Below, in pieces: positions 43,206 to 52,277 of a stretch of DNA of 64,000 nucleotides. The number at the start of each line of letters is the position of its first letter. Within the stretch, counting starts at the first letter, position 1. Origin of the DNA: an uncultured Gammaproteobacteria bacterium (GTDB lineage: Bacteria; Pseudomonadota; Gammaproteobacteria; DSM-16500); contig CAVQDE010000002.1 of the NCBI GenBank assembly GCA_963711205.1, forward strand, positions 349,287 to 413,286, in the 5' to 3' direction. The position numbers and the translations under genes were made by a program. The notes below the pieces were generated by a model, which saw only the letters and a program-made list of their open reading frames with translations, was not told where the DNA came from and ran no database searches.

Positions 43206-43646
43206 GTGGTTATGCCGGAAGCGGTTATTTTTCATTATCACAATAAAATTTATACGGTTTTTTTCACGCAAATGAAGGCTATGTTGCCGGTTAAACTCAA
43301 AAATGGAGAGACGAAGTTGGTGACGTGGGGTCGCAGAGAAAGTGAAAATAGCGAAATGCCTTTGGGGGGATGGGCAAGGTTAACGGGTGTAAAGAATGGA
43401 AGAGATAATCGATGGAATTTATATTTGCCCAAACCGGTTCAACTTCCTATCGATAAATTTATGGAAAAAAATTACGAAGGAAAAGCATGTTGGTATGAAG
43501 TGACTAAAGGCAAGTGTATTCAAGGTTTGCTTGCACAACTGGAAAATGAATATCGTCTTTATATTGTCACCATTGATCCGGAGGATTTAATGAATTGCCA
43601 TTATCGATGGCCGCATATTATTACTCATATGATTAAGGCATGTTGA
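43206..43646 (+). CDS. Compact SRAP-like protein, third gene of the lexA-dinB operon
   Basis: AGGAGG RBS; WG, WAR, FMEK, IVT and HYRWP recall SRAP WG, NAR, FYEW, ILT and HDRMP; no N-terminal Cys. Confidence 0.5.
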   Translation: MVMPEAVIFHYHNKIYTVFFTQMKAMLPVKLKNGETKLVTWGRRESENSEMPLGGWARLTGVKNGRDNRWNLYLPKPVQLPIDKFMEKNYEGKACWYEVTKGKCIQGLLAQLENEYRLYIVTIDPEDLMNCHYRWPHIITHMIKAC

Positions 43647-43834
43647 CACTAGCATCACTCTTGTCATCCCGGAATTGAGCACTGCTTGGCGAGCTTGCGA
43701 GCCTTAGCAGTGCTTAATGTCCGGGACCCATCCCAGCTTTTGCACAAGTGCATGGATGGGTCCCGGACAAGTGCTCAGTAAAAAACACTTCGCACTTTCC
43801 GGGATGACAGAGTGATCCAATGCTAGTGTCAACA
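43641..43834. repeat. Nested palindromic element, copy 3, inside a perfect 15-bp outer inverted repeat
   Basis: TGTTGACACTAGCAT (43641-55) / ATGCTAGTGTCAACA (43820-34) enclose ATCACTC..TGTCATCCCGGAA...TTCCGGGATGACAGAGTGAT. Confidence 0.9.
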
Positions 43835-43929
43835 AGTCGGTTTAGGTGTATTCACTAGCTCCTTAACTTTTTCCTCTTAACAAAGTACACTTTATACGTA
43901 TTCTGACATTTATAAAGCATGGAGGCGTT

Positions 43930-44748
43930 ATGAAACGGTTGTTGATGACAGGGATCACCTTGGGCGCATTTGTTATACCCTCATTGTGCGCTGCTTTTAT
44001 CGATTTTAAAAATTTAAAAGGGGAAGTAGCGCCTATCCCGGCTTATAGTTGGACAGGTATTTATCTTGGCGGCAATGTAGGCGGAAAATGGGGAAAATAT
44101 AGCGAATCTGTTACCACGGATTCTACTTTTATCGCACCCTTCCTCCCCTCTCTCCCTGGTCAATCCGTATCATTTACCACCCACCCAGGATCATTCACTG
44201 GCGGCATTCAGCTTGGCTACAATAAACAATATCGGTCAATGCTTTTTGGTGTGGAAGGGGATCTTAATGCAATGAGTTTGACCGAGAAAGAAGTACTCGG
44301 GACTACCTCTGGTGATATCTATGTCCCCGGAGATTCATTCCGTACGCGTAGTTATTGGCAATCTTCTTTACGACTTCGCTTAGGGTTAATAGAGCAAAAC
44401 TGGCTATTCTATGTGACGGGCGGTGCGGGCTTGGCTGATATGAAGATTAAAGCCGATTTTGTGCAAGTATCTACTGATAGTGTGACTCTCCCAGCGACGA
44501 CAGGATCGAGTAGTAGATTCATGCTGGGCGGAACCATAGGTGCGGGTGTAGAATATGCCTTAGGAAATCATTGGACTCTAGGCGGAGAATATCGTTACAC
44601 CGCTTATCAAACCAAGAGTGTCCACTTAACATCACTGCCTACCGATGCGACCTTACCAGGTCCTAGCTTACTTTTTGCCCCTGTTTACGCAAGAGTCCGC
44701 CTGTATACCAACGAAGTGTTATTTAAAGCTAATTATAATTTCGCTTAA
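43930..44748 (+). CDS. Omp25/Omp31-like 8-stranded outer-membrane beta-barrel
   Basis: YSWTGIYLGGNVG, GG.QLGYN.Q, R.RLG, L.YVTGG and G.T.GAGVEYA motifs. Confidence 0.85.
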   Translation: MKRLLMTGITLGAFVIPSLCAAFIDFKNLKGEVAPIPAYSWTGIYLGGNVGGKWGKYSESVTTDSTFIAPFLPSLPGQSVSFTTHPGSFTGGIQLGYNKQYRSMLFGVEGDLNAMSLTEKEVLGTTSGDIYVPGDSFRTRSYWQSSLRLRLGLIEQNWLFYVTGGAGLADMKIKADFVQVSTDSVTLPATTGSSSRFMLGGTIGAGVEYALGNHWTLGGEYRYTAYQTKSVHLTSLPTDATLPGPSLLFAPVYARVRLYTNEVLFKANYNFA

Positions 44749-44759
44749 TACGTTGCTGC

Positions 44760-44822
44760 GAATACCCTGAGGGTCTATCGGGGTATTCTGCTTACCAATC
44801 CTGGATTCCGAATCCAGGATTG
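44760..44822. repeat. Two adjacent hairpins between convergent genes
   Basis: GAATACCC..GGGTATTC (44760-88) and CAATCCTGGATTC-C-GAATCCAGGATTG (44796-44822). Confidence 0.65.
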
Positions 44823-44902
44823 TTCCAGTAAACAAAACCCGCTAAAGCGCTTTCGCTTAAATTCAAAACTCAAAACTGTTATTTAAAGCGCACATTATAG
44901 CG

Positions 44903-45361
44903 TTATAGCGAGTTATGCATTTTGACAACAGATGGGTGGTATGTAAGATCAATACAGATAAAGGTACTAACTTTTTTTACTAATTCCAAACGTCTCCTAG
45001 CTATTTCATCACTCAATTTTCTATTTCCTTCATATACATTACTGTATGAACATGCTTTTTCTTCTACATCAAAAAGCTTAAATAAAGCTTGCTCAATATT
45101 GTCCATTAAACGGCTTGTTTGCGTACTCGCCCCATTGACAAGAATAAGACTTTCTTTTTTATAAAATTCAAAAATCTTTTTTATCACACCTTCCGGCGAA
45201 TCCTTGCTTGATGATCCAAGAACCATTAAAAAATCCGTCTTTCTCTCAATCCCATCCTGTCCCGGATTGCCGCCACCCCAAAAACTATGACAAGATACGT
45301 TGTAATTTGTAACAGCGCTTTGAAATGTATCAATAATCTCTTTTGTTGATTTTCTCAACAT
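44903..45361 (-). CDS. Hypothetical protein
   Basis: 152-aa ORF with GAGGGG RBS; no recognised motif. Confidence 0.6.
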   Translation of the reverse strand: MLRKSTKEIIDTFQSAVTNYNVSCHSFWGGGNPGQDGIERKTDFLMVLGSSSKDSPEGVIKKIFEFYKKESLILVNGASTQTSRLMDNIEQALFKLFDVEEKACSYSNVYEGNRKLSDEIARRRLELVKKVSTFICIDLTYHPSVVKMHNSL

Positions 45362-45419
45362 TATGGTTACCCCTCTGTATATGCGTTAAAATTTTTAGTA
45401 TACCAGGCTTGTCAAGCCC

Positions 45420-45582
45420 CTACCTGGCAGATGAATTGCCATTTGATGCACAGCGAATTAAAGCATGGGCTTTTTGCATGACTGTTCTTTCAGCTGCATG
45501 GATATTAGAAGATCAGAAAGAAGCGAAAGAATCCGATCTTGATATGGATATTGCTATGGCGATTAATAAAGCAAAGATTTAA
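45420..45582 (+). pseudogene. C-terminal remnant of an APH(6)/hydroxyurea phosphotransferase-like gene
   Basis: LADELPFDAQRIKAWAFCMTVLSAAWILED resembles APH(6)-family C-termini; no start codon or N-terminal part. Confidence 0.45.
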
Positions 45583-45652
45583 ATTGTCCATTGATCTATA
45601 CTTTGCCAACAGCATGACGCAATGCTGCATTCATTTTTTATAAGGACAAGTT

Positions 45653-46042
45653 ATGAATGATCAACCTAAGACAGGTGAGTTTTGTTGGAATGAATTAGCA
45701 ACTAATAATGTTCAAGCAGCAAAAGATTTTTATCAAAAAGTGTTTGATTGGGAATTCACTGAACATGATATGGGAGATATGACCTACACTGTCATCAAGC
45801 GCAATAATCATGAATTTGGTGGCATATGGTCTATTCCCAAAGACCAAGAGAAACAAATTCCACCGCATTGGATGGCTTATATTTTGGTCGACAATGTAGA
45901 TGAATCACTAGCAAAAGCCGAAAAACAAGGCGCATCTATCATGAAACCAGCGACAAAAGCCGGCGATTTCGGCCGTTTTGCCATCATCACCGATCCCACG
46001 GGTGCCCATATCGCATTATGGCAAGTACTCAAAAGTAAATAA
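45653..46042 (+). CDS. VOC/glyoxalase family protein
   Basis: FCWNEL.T....AAK.FY..VF.W, W..Y..V.NVD and GRFA...DP.GA motifs. Confidence 0.9.
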   Translation: MNDQPKTGEFCWNELATNNVQAAKDFYQKVFDWEFTEHDMGDMTYTVIKRNNHEFGGIWSIPKDQEKQIPPHWMAYILVDNVDESLAKAEKQGASIMKPATKAGDFGRFAIITDPTGAHIALWQVLKSK

Positions 46043-46045
46043 GGC

Positions 46046-46078
46046 AAAAAAAATCCCCGTCACTTGATGGGGATTTTG
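46046..46078. terminator. Bidirectional intrinsic terminator
   Basis: A-tract, ATCCCCGTCA-CT-TGATGGGGAT, T-tract, between convergent genes. Confidence 0.75.
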
Positions 46079-46096
46079 TTGCACTTAGACTAAAGC

Positions 46097-46747
46097 TTAT
46101 CTTACGCGGATAGTTTGTCTTGGGGCTTCTTCTTGTTGATGATCAACATGATGATGCTGGCCATGTATCTGTTGATTCATCGCATTAACAAGCATAGCAA
46201 AAATGTACTGTTGTATCTGCTGCTGCATTTCAAGCTGAATTTGTCGCTGAATTTCAAGCTGAATTTGAAGCTGGATCAAGAAGATGAAGGATTCAGCGTA
46301 TTCCCGAGATATAGAAACTTTGCGAGGTTCAGGTTGGCTAAACATACTATTGGTGCGCACAGTGTAAGTACGGCTTTGATAGGGCTGAGCAGCAGGTTCA
46401 CTATCTTTTCGTCTATGCTGACTACTTTCAGGCGGTGTTGGGCGAGTGGGGTTAGGCACATGTCTGTGCTGACCTTGCTGCCAACTGCTGGAAGGAGTAG
46501 GTGCAGGCTTAGGAGCACGTTCGTTTCTTAACCATGTATCAAAGGCCTTACGTTGGCTTTCATCAGACAACACGCTGTTTGCTTCGGTAACTTTTTGGAA
46601 TTTTGCAGTGGCTTCTGGCGTGTTGCCATTCTTATCAGGATGAGTTTCAAGTGCTTTTTTTCTGTAAGCCTTTTTGATGTCTTCTGCAGTGGCTTGTTCA
46701 GGTACATCTAAAACTTCATAGTGATTTTGTTTGGGTCGATTTTGCAT
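46097..46747 (-). CDS. J-domain protein with Pro-rich linker and Gln-rich tail, candidate effector
   Basis: HYEVLDV...A...IKKAYRK.AL..HPDKN J-domain; no Gly/Phe or zinc-finger region. Confidence 0.85.
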   Translation of the reverse strand: MQNRPKQNHYEVLDVPEQATAEDIKKAYRKKALETHPDKNGNTPEATAKFQKVTEANSVLSDESQRKAFDTWLRNERAPKPAPTPSSSWQQGQHRHVPNPTRPTPPESSQHRRKDSEPAAQPYQSRTYTVRTNSMFSQPEPRKVSISREYAESFIFLIQLQIQLEIQRQIQLEMQQQIQQYIFAMLVNAMNQQIHGQHHHVDHQQEEAPRQTIRVR

Positions 46748-46778
46748 ATTGTTCTCATAAGTAATTATTTATGGGCCT

Positions 46779-46811
46779 ATTCTATCGGACTTTTCTTAAG
46801 TAAATCTTAAA
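46779..46811 (-). promoter_or_regulatory. PmrA-type regulatory element
   Basis: Minus strand TTTAAGATT-TA-CTTAAGAAA-N7-TAGAAT fits the Legionella/Coxiella cTTAAtatT-N2-cTTAAtatT-N7-(-10) geometry. Confidence 0.65.
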
Positions 46812-46940
46812 GATAGGGTCCAAATAAAAGCAAACTGGCGCTCAGTTTAGTCATAAGGAGGGGGCAGAATCAAGCTTATATGTATCCCCATGAAGAGGTG
46901 GGTTAATTTATAATAAAGAACAGGATCACACTAGCAGAGG

Positions 46941-47975
46941 ATGATTATGTACCTTGAACGCAAAGATTTGGAAGCAGCTGTCAAAGCAGGGTTAATGACC
47001 TCGGAGCAAGCAGAAAGAATCTGGGCATTTTGGCAAAAAAAACAGGAAGATACGCCACAATTTCACTTTAGCCATGTGCTCTATTACTTCGGTGGATTGC
47101 TTGCCATTTCAGCGGTTACCTTATTTGTAACGAGGGCCTGGAATACTCTTCTTGGATTACCACTCTTTATTCTGTCTTCATTATTATTCTTATTAGGTAT
47201 TTTTTTAAGCCACTATTTCCTCAACAAAAAATTATCTATTCCTGCCGGTATACTTGCCACCTTTAGCCTCGTCTTAGTGCCTCTTGCTACTTACAACTTG
47301 CAAGTTTGGTTGGGATATCCGCCAACGCAAAATTTCACCTATACAGATTTTCATTATTATGTAAATTGGTATTGGGTACCGATGGAGCTTGCGACCTTAT
47401 TAGTTGGCGTCATTATGCTTTATTTTTATCGCTTTCCATTTTTACTTTTTCCCATTGCCATTGCACTTTGGTATATGAGCATGGATATATGGCCTTTATT
47501 ATTTCAAATGGATAATTTTTCTTGGTCGGATAAAGCCACTTTATCTATGTATTATGGATTGATTGTGATCGCTGCTGCACTCTATCTCGATTTTAAATAC
47601 AGTGATGATCAAGATTATGCGTTTTGGTTATATATCATAGGCGTCATTATATTTTGGGGAGGGCTTTCTTGCCAAAATTCAACTAGCGAACTCTCCAAAT
47701 TTTTCTATTGCTTGATTAATATCGTGATGATTTTAGTGAGTGTGTTTCTTGATCGTCGCGTATTTGCCATTTTTGGTGCATTAGGTGTATTGGTTTATTT
47801 GGGACATTTATCTATTACCATTTTTGCAAATAGCCTGGGTTTTCCGATTGCGTTAATTTTTCTTGGATTAATTATCATCATGTTTGCCACCACTTGGTCT
47901 CGCCTGCAACAAAAATTATTGGAATGTTTGCGCCCTTATATTCCAGTAAAAATTTTAAAAAGAATGCGGCCTTAA
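46941..47975 (+). CDS. DUF2157-like polytopic membrane protein
   Basis: N-terminal GL...EQA..I motif, LYYFGG and about 10 TMs. Confidence 0.7.
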   Translation: MIMYLERKDLEAAVKAGLMTSEQAERIWAFWQKKQEDTPQFHFSHVLYYFGGLLAISAVTLFVTRAWNTLLGLPLFILSSLLFLLGIFLSHYFLNKKLSIPAGILATFSLVLVPLATYNLQVWLGYPPTQNFTYTDFHYYVNWYWVPMELATLLVGVIMLYFYRFPFLLFPIAIALWYMSMDIWPLLFQMDNFSWSDKATLSMYYGLIVIAAALYLDFKYSDDQDYAFWLYIIGVIIFWGGLSCQNSTSELSKFFYCLINIVMILVSVFLDRRVFAIFGALGVLVYLGHLSITIFANSLGFPIALIFLGLIIIMFATTWSRLQQKLLECLRPYIPVKILKRMRP

Positions 47976-48003
47976 TCTCTTGGCAGATTTTTTACTAGTT
48001 TAA

Positions 48004-48474
48004 TTATTTTTTCATTTCTTGCATCGGGATGGTTTTTTCAGCGACTGATCTTTCTGCCACTCGGATGTAATCAGCCAGTGATAATCCCCCAATTCCTGAC
48101 CCGGATAAATTGACATTCAGTCTGATTGTATCAGCAGGTTCATGAGTGATTTTTGCAAGAATATTAATAATCAGTGTTTCCAGTTGGCCATCAGCAGAAA
48201 TAGATTTTTTTAATTTTCCATTGGAAAGACTATCTAATTGACGAATGGTTTCTGAGAGGAATTTTGTTACATCTGATGCATCTAAATTAGATAATTTATA
48301 GAGATTCTCTCCTAATGCTAAAAGTGCTTTCGCTTCTGTTTGATTCGTGTGTGAACCAAATATTGACCGCACAGGATTAGGATAAGCTTTTAAATAAGCT
48401 TGACACCCTGCTATTAGCAGAGAAGCGATTTTTTTTTGCCTCTTTATCAATGCTCTCTTGAGCAGCATCCACAT
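48004..48474 (-). CDS. Hypothetical protein
   Basis: 156-aa ORF; the real start may be ATG at 48488 given the GAGGAGGG RBS. Confidence 0.55.
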   Translation of the reverse strand: MWMLLKRALIKRQKKIASLLIAGCQAYLKAYPNPVRSIFGSHTNQTEAKALLALGENLYKLSNLDASDVTKFLSETIRQLDSLSNGKLKKSISADGQLETLIINILAKITHEPADTIRLNVNLSGSGIGGLSLADYIRVAERSVAEKTIPMQEMKK

Positions 48475-48527
48475 GTGACATAGCCATGATTCACCCTCCT
48501 CTTATAGTTATTTCTTCTCCTATAAGA

Positions 48528-49511
48528 TCAGTATACGCTTTTAAAATGGGTAGTATTTGCTCGATATCGATCATAAGAAGCGGCCTGCCATTTTGCATAG
48601 CTAATGCTTCCGTCTACGGTTTGATGTTGTGTGTAGCGTTGATCGGCAATTAATAGGGATTTAGATTGAATGACAACATTATCATCCGGAGAATAAAATA
48701 AAGCGAATGTATAGCGTTCAATTCCACCGTTTGCTTTTTTTACTTTATGTTTAGTTGCTCGGATTCTATCATTTGAAATGAGTTGACCAAATTCTCCTAC
48801 TTGAAATAATAAAATAGATTTGTCTGACGCATGAATTTTTTCGAAGTCATTACTTTGGTGAGAATCAATGTAGAGGCCAGCTTCTTCTGGTTCATCGACA
48901 AGTTTTCCATCACAAAAATAATAAGCCGGCAGCAAGCCTGTGAATAAGCCATGATCGAAGTGCGCACCGCACCAGTTAGGATTGCCATTGGTAGCATCAT
49001 TTTCTTTATGGTAATGCAGCATTCTACCGTAGCCCATTAAACGCTCATGAGATAGACCTACTTGCTCATTTAATCCCATGACGTTAAGCAGTAGTTTCCC
49101 AGTATTAAAAATTAATTCCCCTAATGTTAAATAAGAAGTTCTAAAATCGATATCACTAGGCCATTTATTGCGAGAGAGGTCTGGCACAAATGCATAAAAT
49201 GAAGCCTTCTTATCATCAATTTGCCATTCTCCATTTTGATTTTTGAACCATTCAGCACCTAATTCATAACCTTCTGTATCGCCATTGTCTCGATCAGGTG
49301 CATATTGTTGTTTGATTTCTTCAGGAAGAGCAGAAAATTTTCTAGCGGCTTCGATATAAGCAAGGGAAGTATTTTCAAATTCAGGCACATTTCGAACTCC
49401 TACAATGCCTTTATTCAACAAAGCTGTTTCTAACTGTTTTGGCGCGAGGGTATTGGTTGGGTCGAGTAAATCGCAATATGAAATAACATCAAGTTCCATG
49501 GGACTGCTCAT
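48528..49511 (-). CDS. 2OG-Fe(II) oxygenase (IPNS-like)
   Basis: HFD...H facial triad (GAHFDHG, ATKHKV) and RYTFALF. Confidence 0.85.
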   Translation of the reverse strand: MSSPMELDVISYCDLLDPTNTLAPKQLETALLNKGIVGVRNVPEFENTSLAYIEAARKFSALPEEIKQQYAPDRDNGDTEGYELGAEWFKNQNGEWQIDDKKASFYAFVPDLSRNKWPSDIDFRTSYLTLGELIFNTGKLLLNVMGLNEQVGLSHERLMGYGRMLHYHKENDATNGNPNWCGAHFDHGLFTGLLPAYYFCDGKLVDEPEEAGLYIDSHQSNDFEKIHASDKSILLFQVGEFGQLISNDRIRATKHKVKKANGGIERYTFALFYSPDDNVVIQSKSLLIADQRYTQHQTVDGSISYAKWQAASYDRYRANTTHFKSVY

Positions 49512-49609
49512 TCAACAGACTTAATGACTGCCTAGAGTAACATAATTTATCCGCTTTAAAGTGGTAAACTAAAGAAATAAGAGCAAGAACAACAGAGGAG
49601 ATGTTGCTG

Positions 49610-49885
49610 ATGAAAATCAATCTACGAGGAAGTAAGCTTTTCATTGCATTAAAAATTTTTCTCTCGATCTGCTTAATCTCCGTTACCTGTAGCGCCTATG
49701 CTGAGTACTATTTCGTTGTCCAAGGCGGCTGTGGAGGAGGATGTTGTGGCTGTTATACCCCTCCTCCTCCACCTTGCTTTGGTGGCTGTTTTAGGACCTG
49801 TAATATGCGTTTCGTCTCTCCACCCCGACATAATCCAAGTGGGTCAAGTCAGGTGGCGGAGTACGAATGGGTGGGAGATCCATAA
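49610..49885 (+). CDS. Small secreted Cys/Gly/Pro-rich protein (AEYYFV family, member 1)
   Basis: GAGGAG RBS favours ATG 49610; 31-aa leader ending CSAYA; mature part EYYFVVQGGCGGGCCGCYTPPPPPCFGGCFRTC. Confidence 0.7.
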   Translation: MKINLRGSKLFIALKIFLSICLISVTCSAYAEYYFVVQGGCGGGCCGCYTPPPPPCFGGCFRTCNMRFVSPPRHNPSGSSQVAEYEWVGDP

Positions 49886-49888
49886 AAG

Positions 49889-49905
49889 CTCGGTCGAGGA
49901 TGACG
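49889..49905. repeat. Half copy of the CGTC palindrome
   Basis: CTCGGTCGAGGATGACG matches the right arm of 8599-8623. Confidence 0.55.
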
Positions 49906-49954
49906 TGAAGTTATTCCTGGGTTACCCTAGCGTAACCCAACAGGAATAGAATAC

Positions 49955-51442
49955 ATGCAACAGCATTACCGGCAATTAAAGAAGCGATTTGCCCGCTTAT
50001 CGCAATTACAATACATCCAACGTATTTTAATGTGGGATGAAGCAGTCATAATGCCAGCTGGCGCTGAAACATCCCGAATAGATGCCATGGGGACACTAGA
50101 ACGAACCATACAAAAAATTCTAAGCAATAAAAAAATGCAGCTTTTAATTGAAAAGGCAAAGCAAGAAAAAGATTTATCTTCCTGGGATAAAATGAATCTC
50201 ATTTGGATGGAAAAGAAATATATTCGTGCAAACTGTATTCCACTCACTCTAGCAGAAAAATCAACCAAAGCTGCGCTTATCTGTGAACAAGCATGGCGCA
50301 AGTTGCGACCGCAGAATAATTGGAAAGCATGGCTCCCTTATCTTGAAGCTTCATTTCAATGCGTGAAAGAAATCGCAGAGCGACAATCCGATGTTCTACA
50401 GTTAAGTCCTTACGATACCTTGCTGGATATGTATGCCGCTGGCTTTAATCAATCTAGCATAGACTCTACGTTTACAACGTTAAAAAAAGCATTGCCTGAA
50501 TTGATGACAAATATCATTGATAAACAACGTCAGGATCTTAACAAGGAATTTAAGGGGCCTTTTTCTATCGAAAAGCAGAAGATGCTTGGATTAAATATTA
50601 TGGGAGCACTTCAATTCGATTTTCAACGAGGTCGTTTGGACGTGAGTCACCATCCATTTTGTTCAGGCGGTCCTTCTGATGTGCGTATCACAACACGATA
50701 TCGAGAGGATGAATTCATTACCTCTCTTCTCGGAATCTGTCATGAAACCGGACATGCTTTGTATGAGCAGGGATTGCCACAGAAATGGCTAGATCAACCC
50801 GTTGGCAAAATTGATAACATGGCGATGCATGAAAGCCAATCACTTTTAGTTGAGATGGATGTGTGTCGTTCTCATGCTTTTGTGCAATATCTTACGCCGC
50901 TCATTCAGAAAACATTTGATCATCAAGAAGCATTCACAGCAGATAATTTATATAAACAAATGACTCGGGTAAAAACGGGTTTGATTCGTGTGGATGCGGA
51001 TGAAGTCACTTATCCTTTACACATTATTTTACGTTATGAAATGGAAAAAGATTTATTCAGTGGTCATCTCGCTATTCAAGATCTACCTGTTATGTGGAAT
51101 GAATTGATGACGCAATATCTCGGTGTGTCTACAAAGGGGAATGATAAAAATGGTGTGATGCAAGATGTGCATTGGGCGTCAGGCACGTATGGTTATTTTC
51201 CTGCATACACACTGGGTCGCTTAATGGCCGCGCAATATTTTGCAACATTTATTAAGGCTAACCCACATTTTTATCATGAAGTAAAAGAAGGACAATTTCA
51301 CTCATTACGAAATTGGTTAGAAAAAAATATTTATTGCTATGCGTCCTCCTTATCTGTGGATGATTTATTGCGGACCGTGACGGGCGAATCACTGAATCCA
51401 GTTCATTTTCTTGAACACATTAAAACACGATATTTGGTGTAA
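49955..51442 (+). CDS. Carboxypeptidase Taq (M32 family)
   Basis: HPF, DVRITTRY, HETGHALYEQ, HESQS, IRVDADE, QDVHW and GYFP.Y.LG motifs. Confidence 0.95.
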   Translation: MQQHYRQLKKRFARLSQLQYIQRILMWDEAVIMPAGAETSRIDAMGTLERTIQKILSNKKMQLLIEKAKQEKDLSSWDKMNLIWMEKKYIRANCIPLTLAEKSTKAALICEQAWRKLRPQNNWKAWLPYLEASFQCVKEIAERQSDVLQLSPYDTLLDMYAAGFNQSSIDSTFTTLKKALPELMTNIIDKQRQDLNKEFKGPFSIEKQKMLGLNIMGALQFDFQRGRLDVSHHPFCSGGPSDVRITTRYREDEFITSLLGICHETGHALYEQGLPQKWLDQPVGKIDNMAMHESQSLLVEMDVCRSHAFVQYLTPLIQKTFDHQEAFTADNLYKQMTRVKTGLIRVDADEVTYPLHIILRYEMEKDLFSGHLAIQDLPVMWNELMTQYLGVSTKGNDKNGVMQDVHWASGTYGYFPAYTLGRLMAAQYFATFIKANPHFYHEVKEGQFHSLRNWLEKNIYCYASSLSVDDLLRTVTGESLNPVHFLEHIKTRYLV

Positions 51443-51511
51443 AAGCTTGCTTGACCCTTTTCTATCGATTTCGTTAGAATTTGCGGCCTATAAAAAATTT
51501 GAGGATATCAC

Positions 51512-51922
51512 ATGCGTCGTTTAACCCCATTACTTTCTCTCATTGTGTTAGCCAGCTTGCTATTTGGTTGCGGCCCTATTTACCAGCGAGAATTTGCTTA
51601 TGTGGCTCCTCCGACTAGCATGGGTAAGATGTGTACTGCCCAATGTATTCAAGGTAAAAATGCTTGTCAGCAAATGTGTCAAATGAGAAATGACAATTGT
51701 CGAGCGCAAGCCCGTCAAGATGCTTATTTTCAATACGAAGAATATAAACGTGAACGACACAGGGAAGGTAAAGAAGTGGAAAAGAGTGTAAGTAATTTTG
51801 ATTATGGCTCTTTTAATTGTAATCAATCTTGTAACTGCACTCCGACTTATAATGCTTGCTATTCAGCTTGTGGTGGTCAAGTGTTAGAACGTGAAGTATG
51901 CGTGGCATTCTGCGGTAAATGA
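51512..51922 (+). CDS. Cys-rich lipoprotein
   Basis: Lipobox LFGC; 12 further Cys, many in CxxxC spacing. Confidence 0.75.
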   Translation: MRRLTPLLSLIVLASLLFGCGPIYQREFAYVAPPTSMGKMCTAQCIQGKNACQQMCQMRNDNCRAQARQDAYFQYEEYKRERHREGKEVEKSVSNFDYGSFNCNQSCNCTPTYNACYSACGGQVLEREVCVAFCGK

Positions 51923-51956
51923 CTTAAATGATTGCTAAAAGACAAGGAGAAAAACG

Positions 51957-52277
51957 ATGAAAGCTTTTTTTATTTTTTCTATCACTATGATAAGCGCTCT
52001 CTTCATGTTGAATGCTCAAGCTAAACATTCGATCGAGATGGAGGTGCGCATGGAAGGACAAGAAGCAAAAAATATTTACGCTGCAATGAGCGCTGTTCAA
52101 GGGGATGGGGCTGCAGGTCATATCTATAAGCAGGGTAAAAATATTTTGTGCCGCTATACCAACGCGGATATGGATGATAGCCAAGGAAAACCTATACCCA
52201 GTGGTGATTCAAGACGCTATGCCTGTGCTATGCGTGTTGATAAGTATGGCCTTATTTCGTCTCCTCAATCTTTTTGA
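51957..52277 (+). CDS. Small secreted hypothetical protein
   Basis: Signal peptide ending AQA; AGGAG RBS; two Cys. Confidence 0.65.
   Translation: MKAFFIFSITMISALFMLNAQAKHSIEMEVRMEGQEAKNIYAAMSAVQGDGAAGHIYKQGKNILCRYTNADMDDSQGKPIPSGDSRRYACAMRVDKYGLISSPQSF

Noticed and set aside
41348-43834. Prophage or ICE carrying the lexA-dinB cassette
   Set aside because: No integrase, att-like direct repeats, phage or conjugation genes nearby.
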